From: Planctomycetota bacterium
GTDB taxonomy: Bacteria; Planctomycetota; MHYJ01; JACQXL01
DNA length: 64,000 nucleotides
Assembly: GCA_016235865.1 (NCBI GenBank)
Contig: JACRIK010000027.1
Span: 26,213 to 90,212 of the forward strand
Direction of reading: 5' to 3'
The notes under the pieces are model-generated. The model did no database searches. It saw only the letters and a program-made list of their open reading frames with translations, and was not told the origin of the DNA. Within the stretch, counting starts at the first letter, position 1. Every line of letters begins with the position of its first letter. Both the position numbers and the translations under genes were made by a program. Positions 46,366 to 55,633 of the stretch are shown one piece after another.

Positions 46366-46579
46366 TTAGAATTACTTGTAGTGAGTGACCCACAGGGTCC
46401 CAGTGGGAAACGAATCTATCTGTTTAATCAGTGTAATCCAGTTGTTATCATTTAATTTCTGGGGCAGTATATTTATTATTCATTCGTGTTTATTTGTGTC
46501 TATTCGTGGTTGCTGTTTTCCTTGTTTATCTGTGGTTTCAAAATCTTGACTTGTGTGGCTGGAAAGGTTAATTAGTGTT

Positions 46580-47344
46580 ATGATTACGATAGGCATAAAC
46601 GGCGCGTCAGGCAAGATGGGTCTTTCGCTGGTGCGTCTGATAACTGAATCCAAGGACCTTCGGCTGGTTATGGCTATTGACCGTTCGGATAATCCCAACA
46701 TCGGCAAGGACATCGGCCTGATGGCCGGTCTGGGCAAGGCCTTGGGCGTTCGCCTGTCTGCTGGGATGACCCAGAGAGCAAGTGTAATGATTGACTTCTC
46801 CCATCCGGCGGGCACAATGAAGATTCTCAAGGAATGCCTCAAATACAAAACCGCATTATTAATCGGCACGACCGGATTAAGTACGGCCCAGAAAAACCAG
46901 ATTCGTTTAGCCGGCAAGAAGATTGCCTGTCTGATTAGTCCGAATATGAGTATCGGGGCCAATCTGCTCTTCAAGGTCGCTCCCCAGATTGCGGCGATAT
47001 TAGGCCAGGAATACGATATAGAGATAGTAGAGACACATCACCGGTTCAAGAAAGACGCGCCCAGCGGCACGGCCATCCGACTGGCTGACGCCATTACCGC
47101 TACTACCGGTAAAAAGATACCGACCCACTCATTACGCATAGGCGATGTGGTGGGCGACCACACGGCAATTTACAGCACCTTAGGCGAGCGCATAGAATTG
47201 ACCCACCGGGTCCACACCAGAGACATCTTCAGCCGTGGCGCATTAAAGGTCGCCCGTTTCCTGGCCAAAGTCCGGCCCGGATTTTATACCATGGCTACCG
47301 CCATTGGCGAGCCTCGCCCTGCGGGGCGGGATGCGATAAAGTAG
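46580..47344 (+). CDS. dapB: 4-hydroxy-tetrahydrodipicolinate reductase, about 254 aa from the start MITIGINGASGKMG
   Basis: GxxGxxG NAD(P) motif, EIVETHHRFKKDAPSGTA and GERIELTH DapB motifs. The ORF opens at GTG 46553; ATG 46580 is preferred because a ggaaagg purine-rich tract precedes it. Confidence 0.85.
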   Translation: MITIGINGASGKMGLSLVRLITESKDLRLVMAIDRSDNPNIGKDIGLMAGLGKALGVRLSAGMTQRASVMIDFSHPAGTMKILKECLKYKTALLIGTTGLSTAQKNQIRLAGKKIACLISPNMSIGANLLFKVAPQIAAILGQEYDIEIVETHHRFKKDAPSGTAIRLADAITATTGKKIPTHSLRIGDVVGDHTAIYSTLGERIELTHRVHTRDIFSRGALKVARFLAKVRPGFYTMATAIGEPRPAGRDAIK

Positions 47345-47478
47345 AGTGGCTTCTTTCCTCCCGTTAACGCAAAACCTTGCCAAGGCGAAGCTAAATGATA
47401 GGCTTGTCATAGAGGCACATTCGCTTGGCTCAGTGTAAACTTAGCGAAGGAATAGGATTAAGCATAGGAGATTAAATT

Positions 47479-47715
47479 ATGAATAAAGAAAGAGCGCTGG
47501 CGGTTTTTGAAGATTATAAAATCCGCCGGATATATGATGAGGCGTCAGCCACCTGGTTCTTTTCATTGGTGTATATCATCGGGGCGCTGATTCAGCAGAC
47601 GGATTATAAATCGGACAGAAACTATTGGAAGGTCTTAAAGAATCGACTAAATAAAGAAGGCAGTGAGTCGGTTACAAAATGTAACCAACTGAAACTAGCC
47701 GACGCGATAAAGTAA
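47479..47715 (+). CDS. Small protein (78 aa) resembling the N-terminal Bro-N/KilA-N-like domain of DNA-damage-inducible protein D (DinD), apparently truncated
   Basis: FEDYKIRRIYDEASATWFF ... DYKSDRNYWKVLKNR is similar to E. coli DinD FEEIRHYGTEGQEFWSARELAPLLDYRDWRNFQKVLARA (from memory). Good Shine-Dalgarno sequence aggag. Confidence 0.4.
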   Translation: MNKERALAVFEDYKIRRIYDEASATWFFSLVYIIGALIQQTDYKSDRNYWKVLKNRLNKEGSESVTKCNQLKLADAIK

Positions 47716-47815
47716 AGTGTCATCGGAATTAACCTATCCCCTGCAACCTATTTTGGTCTGTTTTTGACGCTACCCTTTGATTTATCTGCACTTATCCCAA
47801 TTTCCGTTAAAAAAA

Positions 47816-47842
47816 GGTGGGGGAGGGGGTATGGTGGGGGGT
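47816..47842. repeat. G-run tract ggtgggggagggggtatggtgggggg (potential G-quadruplex-forming) directly upstream of the third 22-bp array
   Basis: Four G runs of 5-6 nt, read directly. Confidence 0.5.
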
Positions 47843-47851
47843 AGTACCCTT

Positions 47852-48137
47852 GGCGCTACGGAGGTACGTTATCGGCGCTATGGAGGCACGTCACCGGCCC
47901 TACAGAGGTGCATTCCAGGCGCTACAGAGGTGCATTCCAGGCACTACAAAGGTATATTCCAAGCATTACGAAGGTATATTCCAAGCGCTACAAAGGTATT
48001 CTCCAGGCATTACGAAGGTATGCTTCCGGCGCTACGAAGGTATGCTTCTGGCGTTACAGAGGTATGCTCCAGGCGCTACAGAGGTATGCTTCCGGCGCTA
48101 CGGAGGCACGTCACCGGCGCTATCATCGGTGTATGCT
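47852..48137. repeat. Tandem array of about 13 copies of a 22-bp unit (ggcgctacagaggtatgcttcc and variants) immediately upstream of the Type III mod gene
   Basis: Exact 22-nt period across 47852-48137. The three overlapping ORF-track entries 47777..48151, 47817..48218 and 47908..48186 are reading-frame artefacts of the repeat. Confidence 0.9.
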
Positions 48138-48223
48138 CACCATACGGATAGGAGGGCAAAAAACAAAGTATTTATTGCTTTTTTAATGAAGGCGGGTATG
48201 ATTATTACAAAGGAGTAATATTT

Positions 48224-49810
48224 ATGCCATCACTAAATTTTAAGGGTAAGAATGCAGTTTGGAATCATCATTTGTCCGTTCCATACCAGATACTGGAAAA
48301 GGATAAGAAGCTGTCACTCAAAGGCAAGAATGAGGATGAGAACCTGATTATAGAGGCGGATAATCTGGTCGCGCTAAAAAGCTTGTTACCGAAATATCAG
48401 GGCCGGATAAAGTGTATTTACATAGACCCGCCATATAATACCGGCAATGAAAATTGGGTTTATAGCGATAATGTCAGCAGTCCGTTAATAAAAGAATGGC
48501 TAAAAAAAGGGCCTGTTGGTTCTGAGGATTTAACCCGTCACGACAAATGGCTTTGTATGATGACGCCTCGCCTTAAACTTCTTCGTGAATTGATGAGTGA
48601 GGATGGTGTCATATTTGTTAGTATTAACGACATTGAGAGTTCTCATGTGCGTATGCTAATGGATGATATATTTAATGGTAATTTTATTGGTATGTTAATA
48701 TGGAGGAAAAAAGAGGGTGGAGGACAGACTGACGATTACTTTGTAACGGAACATGAGTATGTTCTTGCGTATGCTAAATCGCCAGATTTTAAATGGGTTG
48801 ATGAAACAATTCCGATAGATGAGGCAAAATTCAAGAAAGAAGATAATGACGGAAGATTTACTGCGGTTAAACTTGCTAAATGGGGTTCTGGAGCACGGAA
48901 AGAAGATCGGCCAACGATGCATTTTGCAATAAAATCTCCCGACGGTAAAAATGTGTATCCAAAAGCACCAGATGGGAGTGCTGGAAGGTGGCGCGTTGGG
49001 AAATTAACAATGGATAATCTTCTGGAAAATGGATTAGTCTACTGGGAGGAAAAAAATGGCGATTGGGTGGCCTACGAGAAAATCTATTATGACGAAGAAG
49101 ACGTTAAGACAATTAAAGAACGGAGCATACTATACGAATTAGCTTCTACTGGTGATGCCACGAAGGCGCTAACTGAGTTATTTGGGAAAAAGGATATATT
49201 TGAAAATCCTAAGCCAGTTGAACTTACTAAATTCTTAATGCGATATACCACTGATAAATCTTCAATTATTCTTGATTCCTTTGCTGGTTCGGGAACAACA
49301 GCCCAGGCGGTTTTAGAGTTAAATAAAGAAGATGGTAAGGAGGGGAATAGGAAAGTCATTTTAATTCAACTGCCAGAAGAAATTAGGAAAGATAAGCCAG
49401 CATATAAGGCTGGGTATAGATATGTTCACGAGATTACAAGAGAGCGCGTTAAACGAGTGATTGAAAGAGATAAATTGGGTGTTGGCTTTTCATACATGAA
49501 TCTTGGATCACAGATTGATGCGGATTCTATCTTATCAGGCAAGTTGCCAACCTATAAAGAGTTTGCCAAGTATGTTTATTATCTGGCAACCGGAAAGACA
49601 GGCAACGAGTCAATTTACCTTATATATGAAAAGGACAAGGACAAACTAAAGAAGCTGGCAATTACGCTTGAATGGGCAGAGCAGACAAACAAGAAAGACA
49701 AGGGCAAGAAGATTATCTATGCCCCGGCCTGTTTCATAGATGAAGAATACCTGGAGAAGTTTAATATCCATTTTGTGAGTATTCCTTATAATCTCTTTGA
49801 AAAGAAATAG
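48224..49810 (+). CDS. mod: Type III restriction-modification system methyltransferase (Mod), N6-adenine, beta-class, 528 aa
   Basis: Motif IV DPPYNTGN N-terminal to motif I DSFAGSGTT. Strong Shine-Dalgarno sequence aaggag. Followed 3 nt later by the res gene. Confidence 0.85.
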   Translation: MPSLNFKGKNAVWNHHLSVPYQILEKDKKLSLKGKNEDENLIIEADNLVALKSLLPKYQGRIKCIYIDPPYNTGNENWVYSDNVSSPLIKEWLKKGPVGSEDLTRHDKWLCMMTPRLKLLRELMSEDGVIFVSINDIESSHVRMLMDDIFNGNFIGMLIWRKKEGGGQTDDYFVTEHEYVLAYAKSPDFKWVDETIPIDEAKFKKEDNDGRFTAVKLAKWGSGARKEDRPTMHFAIKSPDGKNVYPKAPDGSAGRWRVGKLTMDNLLENGLVYWEEKNGDWVAYEKIYYDEEDVKTIKERSILYELASTGDATKALTELFGKKDIFENPKPVELTKFLMRYTTDKSSIILDSFAGSGTTAQAVLELNKEDGKEGNRKVILIQLPEEIRKDKPAYKAGYRYVHEITRERVKRVIERDKLGVGFSYMNLGSQIDADSILSGKLPTYKEFAKYVYYLATGKTGNESIYLIYEKDKDKLKKLAITLEWAEQTNKKDKGKKIIYAPACFIDEEYLEKFNIHFVSIPYNLFEKK

Positions 49811-49812
49811 AT

Positions 49813-52299
49813 ATGATTCTAAAGGATTATCAGATAGAGGTCATCGATAAACTAAAAGAGTTCTATACCGAGGCGGAAAAACAAAAGAGCGAGGTAGAGA
49901 AGTCAAATGATAAGGTTTTAAGAGAATCTGTTTCTTATGTTGATACTGTTTATACTAAGCTTGACCTGCATTTTGCCGACCGGCCTAAGAACGGCTTAGG
50001 ACAATCATATACCCGTTTTTGCCTGAAGATTCCGACCGGCGGGGGCAAGACCCTATTGGCAATTGAGGCCATCCGGGAATACCAAAACCTATTCGCCAAG
50101 AAAAGAACCGGGTTAGTGGTTTGGATAGCGCACCGCGAGACCATCTACCGCCAGACCATAGAGAAACTCAGGGATAAAAATCATATCTACCGCCAGTGGC
50201 TGGACCAATGCAGCGGCAACCGGACCATTATTCTGGAAAAAGGACAGCCGTTACGGATGCAGGACACGGACAGCAATCTGGTGATTCTGATGCTGATGAT
50301 TCAGTCGGCCGGAAAGAAAACCAAGGAAAATATGAAGGTCTTTCAGGACAGCGGCAAATATATTGACTTCTTCCCGCCGGATAACCAATACGAGGAGCAT
50401 GAAAAACTATTAAGGAGGGTCCCTAATCTTGATCCTACCCCTGGTGATGTATTCGGCAAGAGAATAATAAAGACCAGTTTAGGCAACATAATCAGGATGG
50501 AGAATCCGCTTATGATTGTGGATGAATTCCATACGATGTTTTCGGATATTGCCAAAAGCACGTTGGACGGCTTAAACCCATCAATGATAATCGGACTGTC
50601 GGCTACGCCCAAAAAACGGGAGGGCATGAATATTTTTATAGAAATTACGGGCAAGGCGCTTAAGGACGAGGAGATGATTAAATTAGATATGCACCTGCAT
50701 TCGCCGACTACCAGCGGAGATTGGCATGAAATGATTAACAGCGTCAGAAAGAAAAGGGAGACGTTGGAAAAGACAGCGACTGACTTTAACCGTAATAAGG
50801 GGATATATATCAGGCCGATAGCATTGATACAGGTAGAGCGAACGGGTAAAGACCAGAGGGGAAAAGAATTTGTGCACAGCGAGGATGTGCGCGAATATCT
50901 GGTTGCGCAAGGAGTTCCGGCTCATCAAATCGCGGTAAAATCAAGCGAAATGGATGAGATTAAAGAGGAAAAACTCTTATCGCAGACAAGCGAAATCAGA
51001 TACATCATTACCAAAGAGGCGTTAAAAGAGGGCTGGGATTGTTCATTTGCCTATGTTTTAGGGGTGATACCCAATGCCAGGTCTGAATCCTCAATGACCC
51101 AGTTGGTCGGCCGGATATTACGCCAGCCGTATGCCAAGAAGACCGGGGTGGCGGAATTGGATGAAAGTTATGTCTATTTTAACCAGGGCGATACGGAAGA
51201 TGTCCTGCATAACATCCAGCGCGGATTTGTAGAGGAGGGTTTGGGCGATTTGGTCCAGAATATCAGCCGGGAATCAGGCCCGACCGGCTCGGACAAGATA
51301 AAAACAAAGATTAAGAAAGATATTCTCAATAAATATCCTGAGTCGTTATATCTGCCGGTCTGGCTGGTTAAGGAAGATAACAAATACCGGCGGTTCTCTT
51401 ATGATATTGATATCAGGCCCAGGATTAACTGGCAAAACGGGCATTACGATAAATGGCTGGAAAAAGAAATCCTGCCTTTGCTTAGCGCGAAATCATCCGC
51501 TTATGAATATATAGTTGATTTGGACAATCGGCATGAAAGGCGGGATTTGGATGAGATGGATGAGGGCGTTTTTGATATTTCATACCTAACCCGCCGGATA
51601 TCCGATGTGGTTGATAATGCCTTTATTGCCTTTGACCTGGCTCAGGAATTTATCTCGGCCGGCGATAAATACAAAGACAGGCAAAAACTGCTAATCAACA
51701 GTGGATTCATTATCAAGGAAATCGTCAAGAAGTTGTCAGATGAAAAAATCCAGCAAGAGCAATTAATATTTGATTCATTACTGAAAGGCAAGGAATTAAT
51801 GCTGGCGGTCAGCGATGACGAGCAGGTCGGGTATTCGTTGCCGAAAAATAATGAGGTCTATCCGGAATATGCCGAGACATATAAACTGAATCTTTTTGAG
51901 AAGTCGGATATAAAATCAATGAATTCGCTGGAGCGGAGAATTGCCGGTTCTATTGATAATAAGAAAAATGTAATCTGGTGGGCGCGGAATATAGCCAGCA
52001 GCAGGAAATGGTATGCCATAAGAGGTTGGAAGAGAGGCAAAATCAGGCCTGATTTTATCGTGGCCAGGAAGAATAAAAGCGATGCGTTGGAACTCGTTTA
52101 TATCATTGAGAGCAAGGGCGAACATTTAATTGGCAATCCGGATACGATTTATAAAAAGAGCGTATTTGATAAGATGAATCAGGAAACCATTGAACAGGTA
52201 ACCCTGAAACTAATCAAGTTTAAGCTGAATAAGGACTTTAGGTTTGAACTGGTTGAGCAGGGACAGGAAGATATTGAGATAAACAGATTCTTTAATTAA
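49813..52299 (+). CDS. res: Type III restriction enzyme Res subunit (SF2 helicase domain plus C-terminal PD-(D/E)xK nuclease), 828 aa
   Basis: Motif I KIPTGGGKT, motif II MIVDEFH, helicase C-domain, and C-terminal RPDF ... ELVYIIESKGEH endonuclease motif. Confidence 0.85.
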   Translation: MILKDYQIEVIDKLKEFYTEAEKQKSEVEKSNDKVLRESVSYVDTVYTKLDLHFADRPKNGLGQSYTRFCLKIPTGGGKTLLAIEAIREYQNLFAKKRTGLVVWIAHRETIYRQTIEKLRDKNHIYRQWLDQCSGNRTIILEKGQPLRMQDTDSNLVILMLMIQSAGKKTKENMKVFQDSGKYIDFFPPDNQYEEHEKLLRRVPNLDPTPGDVFGKRIIKTSLGNIIRMENPLMIVDEFHTMFSDIAKSTLDGLNPSMIIGLSATPKKREGMNIFIEITGKALKDEEMIKLDMHLHSPTTSGDWHEMINSVRKKRETLEKTATDFNRNKGIYIRPIALIQVERTGKDQRGKEFVHSEDVREYLVAQGVPAHQIAVKSSEMDEIKEEKLLSQTSEIRYIITKEALKEGWDCSFAYVLGVIPNARSESSMTQLVGRILRQPYAKKTGVAELDESYVYFNQGDTEDVLHNIQRGFVEEGLGDLVQNISRESGPTGSDKIKTKIKKDILNKYPESLYLPVWLVKEDNKYRRFSYDIDIRPRINWQNGHYDKWLEKEILPLLSAKSSAYEYIVDLDNRHERRDLDEMDEGVFDISYLTRRISDVVDNAFIAFDLAQEFISAGDKYKDRQKLLINSGFIIKEIVKKLSDEKIQQEQLIFDSLLKGKELMLAVSDDEQVGYSLPKNNEVYPEYAETYKLNLFEKSDIKSMNSLERRIAGSIDNKKNVIWWARNIASSRKWYAIRGWKRGKIRPDFIVARKNKSDALELVYIIESKGEHLIGNPDTIYKKSVFDKMNQETIEQVTLKLIKFKLNKDFRFELVEQGQEDIEINRFFN

Positions 52300-52335
52300 T
52301 AGGGGGAATACCCCTCCTTTCTCTAATGTAAAACT

Positions 52336-54183
52336 ATGTATTTCACAAAGCCCGTTTTAGCGGTAATCAAAAGAGTTATAAAAGACCTGAAAACCCGGAC
52401 AGAACTTGATAACTTATTTGAATCGTATGGCTTTGATCCTAAAAAAGATTGTGATGTTGGCAATAAATTAAATCTGGCTGGTTCATATTTAGACCATCAA
52501 GATTGGAGTGATGGAACAACGGCACATAATTTATTGGAGCTTTTGACCGAAGTTCTTCTGGGCGAGAAAGAGTCAGATACCTATCGCTGGCCCCAGGTGG
52601 AATTAATGCTTAACGCGCTAATTAAAGACAGCTATTACTGGATTAATAAGAATAAGAAATTTATCAGACAAGGTGAGCCATTTCCGCAACCCGCATTAAA
52701 TAAACCTGTTGAGCAAAAGCCTTCTGCGGAGAAGACGCCAGCTATTTTACCAGAAAATACCGGGGAGATAGCAGGAAAATACGTTAAAGAGATTCTTGAT
52801 AGGGAAAGAAATAATTTATTGTTTATAAGCAAATTCCTGGTTGATATAAAGCCCTTCTGGAATGACTGGCAATCATTTAAAGTAAAACTTCTTACAGTAC
52901 TTAACAATGAGAAAAAACGGATTATTATTAACGGGCAGGTTATCTTAGAGGTAAGTCCGATTGACTCTAAGGAAAAGCCCATTCTCCTTGAAATAGATAA
53001 TTTTTTCCAGGGCATTACTTTCCGCTATCCTTTTGCTGAATTAGAAGGATTCCTTAAAAACCTTATGACCGGCAAGGTGGTTGCTCAGGGAGAAGAATAT
53101 CATTTTGTGAACACCTCTCTTGGGCCATACGGTCCGGTTTGGGTGAACTACGCATATGATTACCCCGCACCAGTGAGCATGATAGAATCATTGAGCGGTA
53201 AAACAGCGTTTGCCATAGATTACAACGGAGATAAACTCTCAAACATTCTTGATAATACCAAAATTAAATGGCAGGACTTTTACCGGACTTGTCGGGGAAA
53301 AGGTTATAATGACCCATCTTACTTATTTAGATTATTCTTCGGATTAAGGGATGCTTATGTTACCAACGATTACCAGACCCAAATATGGATATATGCACCA
53401 ATTGATGTTTATATCAAGGAGTTTAAACCGCTTAAAAATAAATTGTCGGCCGTTATCTGGGCTGGCCCGTTAATAAAGCCGGATAATGTTGCATTGCGAT
53501 TTGTTCCCAGTAGGGAATCCCTTCCAGAACAAAGACCGGAATTTAAGCTGTCTGATTTTTCGCCACAAGGCAATTGTTTGTACCAGAAAGATATCCCAGC
53601 TGATTTTGATCAAACAGCTTTTATTGATTTAACCTATAAGGAAAAATTATTTTCAAAGGAACTTGAAATGCCGACATCTTCCGAAGATAAGCCCATTACT
53701 TTATCTATGGCAAAGAAATCAAAGATAGGCGCTAAAAATACTACAATTATTCATATGCCTAAAGGAACTAAGCCCAATGATATTACTTTTAGATTTAAAG
53801 ACCGCCGAACGATGGATGTTTTACTAAAAGATAATACCTTTAAGAGTAATGTATCATTTGATGAACTTGGATTTCAAAAGCAAAGCACCGGCAAAAAGAA
53901 GAAATCAGAACCAAGTATGCTATGGGAATTATTGGTAACGATGAGTGTAAATTATTCTAACCCGGGTTGGTCTTTTAAGGACAAGTCCACTAAAGGAAGG
54001 CAGCAGATAAGTTTACTTAGGGACAAACTTAAAACATTGCTAAATATAGAAGACGACCCCATTCCACTTAATTCTGAATTAAGAGGTTATCGCCCGGAAA
54101 TTCGTCTTGAGCCGCCACCAGATGAGCGACATCATTCCTATATAAATCCTGACGAAAAAGAGTCTGATTTGGAAGACGAGTAA
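52336..54183 (+). CDS. Hypothetical protein, 615 aa, no recognisable domain. Co-oriented immediately downstream of res within the AT-rich island
   Basis: Long ORF with AT-rich codon usage like mod and res. No Walker, nuclease or transmembrane motifs recognised by eye. Acidic, Lys-rich C-terminus. Confidence 0.6.
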   Translation: MYFTKPVLAVIKRVIKDLKTRTELDNLFESYGFDPKKDCDVGNKLNLAGSYLDHQDWSDGTTAHNLLELLTEVLLGEKESDTYRWPQVELMLNALIKDSYYWINKNKKFIRQGEPFPQPALNKPVEQKPSAEKTPAILPENTGEIAGKYVKEILDRERNNLLFISKFLVDIKPFWNDWQSFKVKLLTVLNNEKKRIIINGQVILEVSPIDSKEKPILLEIDNFFQGITFRYPFAELEGFLKNLMTGKVVAQGEEYHFVNTSLGPYGPVWVNYAYDYPAPVSMIESLSGKTAFAIDYNGDKLSNILDNTKIKWQDFYRTCRGKGYNDPSYLFRLFFGLRDAYVTNDYQTQIWIYAPIDVYIKEFKPLKNKLSAVIWAGPLIKPDNVALRFVPSRESLPEQRPEFKLSDFSPQGNCLYQKDIPADFDQTAFIDLTYKEKLFSKELEMPTSSEDKPITLSMAKKSKIGAKNTTIIHMPKGTKPNDITFRFKDRRTMDVLLKDNTFKSNVSFDELGFQKQSTGKKKKSEPSMLWELLVTMSVNYSNPGWSFKDKSTKGRQQISLLRDKLKTLLNIEDDPIPLNSELRGYRPEIRLEPPPDERHHSYINPDEKESDLEDE

Positions 54184-54487
54184 GACTGGTTGTGAAATCA
54201 ACCCTCTGGATTTCACATAATTCACAACAATTCCAATAATTCTTGAAAAATCTCGCTATCTAACATCTTTAAACTATTGAAGTTGTAGCAAGTAGTTTAA
54301 CCGCTAAAAGATTACCCCTTGTTTTTTGCCTATTTCACGGCCTAATTATAGAGGCACACGTTCGGGACGTCACCGGAAGCGGATGCGTGATGTCATCCAA
54401 TCCCGTCCGGACTTGTCTTCTATGAGTATCTGCTTGATGCCTGTTTGGCAGTTAGTCATATAAATAACAAAATAGGTGGGAACGACT

Positions 54488-54571
54488 ATGAAAAAGAGTT
54501 TTTGGAGGCGCATCATCAGGACGGTTATTGAAATCGTGCTTACGGTGATTCGTGACAAGATGAAGAAGTAA
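54488..54571 (+). CDS. Candidate small membrane-active peptide ORF (27 aa: MKKSFWRRIIRTVIEIVLTVIRDKMKK), type I toxin-like
   Basis: Shine-Dalgarno-like aggtggg 7 nt upstream of the ATG. Hydrophobic helix core flanked by basic residues. A 62-aa antisense ORF (54370..54558) overlaps it. Below the ORF-track length cutoff. Confidence 0.3.
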   Translation: MKKSFWRRIIRTVIEIVLTVIRDKMKK

Positions 54572-54677
54572 CTTCGCTTGTTTCCCGGTTTGGCGGGTTA
54601 TCCGGAAACGGATAGCCCCCGGCCGGGCTCCAAAAAGAAGGTGGCGCCAAAGGCGTCATTTAAGAAAGGATTAAATT

Positions 54678-55472
54678 ATGGGTACTATCAGTGAAGTGAA
54701 ACTGGCGGTTCTGCTGGGTATAGCAGAGGCCGGAGAGGTCCAGGTGGAGCGCTGGAAACGGGGCACCAAGAATAACGCTGACCTGACCTACCAGCAAATG
54801 CAACAGGCAATCGGCAACGAGTCCGATTATAAGTCCAAACTGGCTCTGCCGGCGGCCACGGCCTACGCGCCGGCGATGAATCCGGCTTTCGTGTCTCGCT
54901 CAGGTCTGGACCGGAACCGGATTGTCCGCAAGCAGGCGGATAACATCAACCAGGGCTACAATAATTACGCCGCTTCTCTGGCCCAGGCGTTTGAGACCGT
55001 GGATGGCGAACCGGCCAAGCGCTATAAGGAGGCGATTGACGCCTCAGCCGAGAATTACAGCCAGAAGGCGGCCCGGAACGTTCTGCCCTTTACCGGGTCG
55101 CGCGAACTGGGACTGGGCATCGCGCCCATCGCTTCAAGGTGGCTGACCGGCGATATTACGACTGAACGGCTGCTCAGGGGCGATGACCAAATCGGCCTGG
55201 GCGGGCCAATCAACGTGGCCCGGGTGACGCCGGATATGCGGACGGCCCTGAAGGCGGCCATCACCAACCGGATAGTCCAGTCAGGCAAGGTGCTGATTAG
55301 CGCGGATTGGGACCCGGCCGTAATGGTCCAGGAGAACGACCATATCAATAACCTGATTGCCTCTTTGCAGGACGCGGCTTATGTGGCTTTTGCCACGGCC
55401 GGGGTCTCGCATTGCGATTGGATTGTGATAGACGGCCGGAAATACCTGGAGATAAAGGTGGCAACAGTGTAG
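54678..55472 (+). CDS. Hypothetical protein, 264 aa, GC-rich, possibly phage-structural-like
   Basis: ORF whose GC content is visibly higher than the adjacent RM island. No motif recognised. Confidence 0.5.
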   Translation: MGTISEVKLAVLLGIAEAGEVQVERWKRGTKNNADLTYQQMQQAIGNESDYKSKLALPAATAYAPAMNPAFVSRSGLDRNRIVRKQADNINQGYNNYAASLAQAFETVDGEPAKRYKEAIDASAENYSQKAARNVLPFTGSRELGLGIAPIASRWLTGDITTERLLRGDDQIGLGGPINVARVTPDMRTALKAAITNRIVQSGKVLISADWDPAVMVQENDHINNLIASLQDAAYVAFATAGVSHCDWIVIDGRKYLEIKVATV

Positions 55473-55633
55473 GAAATGCGGAATGCGGGGTGCGGAATTA
55501 ACCGTGCCCCGCTTCCCTTTAATTAAAACAAAATACGAACACGAATGGGACGAATAGGAACGAATGGTACGAATGAATATTATTCGTGTGATTTATCTTA
55601 ATTCGTGTGATTCGTGTTAAAAGGAGTTGATTT

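Noticed and set aside
47777-48218. Three overlapping ORF-track CDS (47777..48151, 47817..48218, 47908..48186) encoding Arg/Tyr/Gly-rich repeats
   Set aside because: All three frames stay open only because the 22-bp repeat unit contains no stop codon. There is no RBS and the ORFs are mutually overlapping. They are artefacts of the tandem array.
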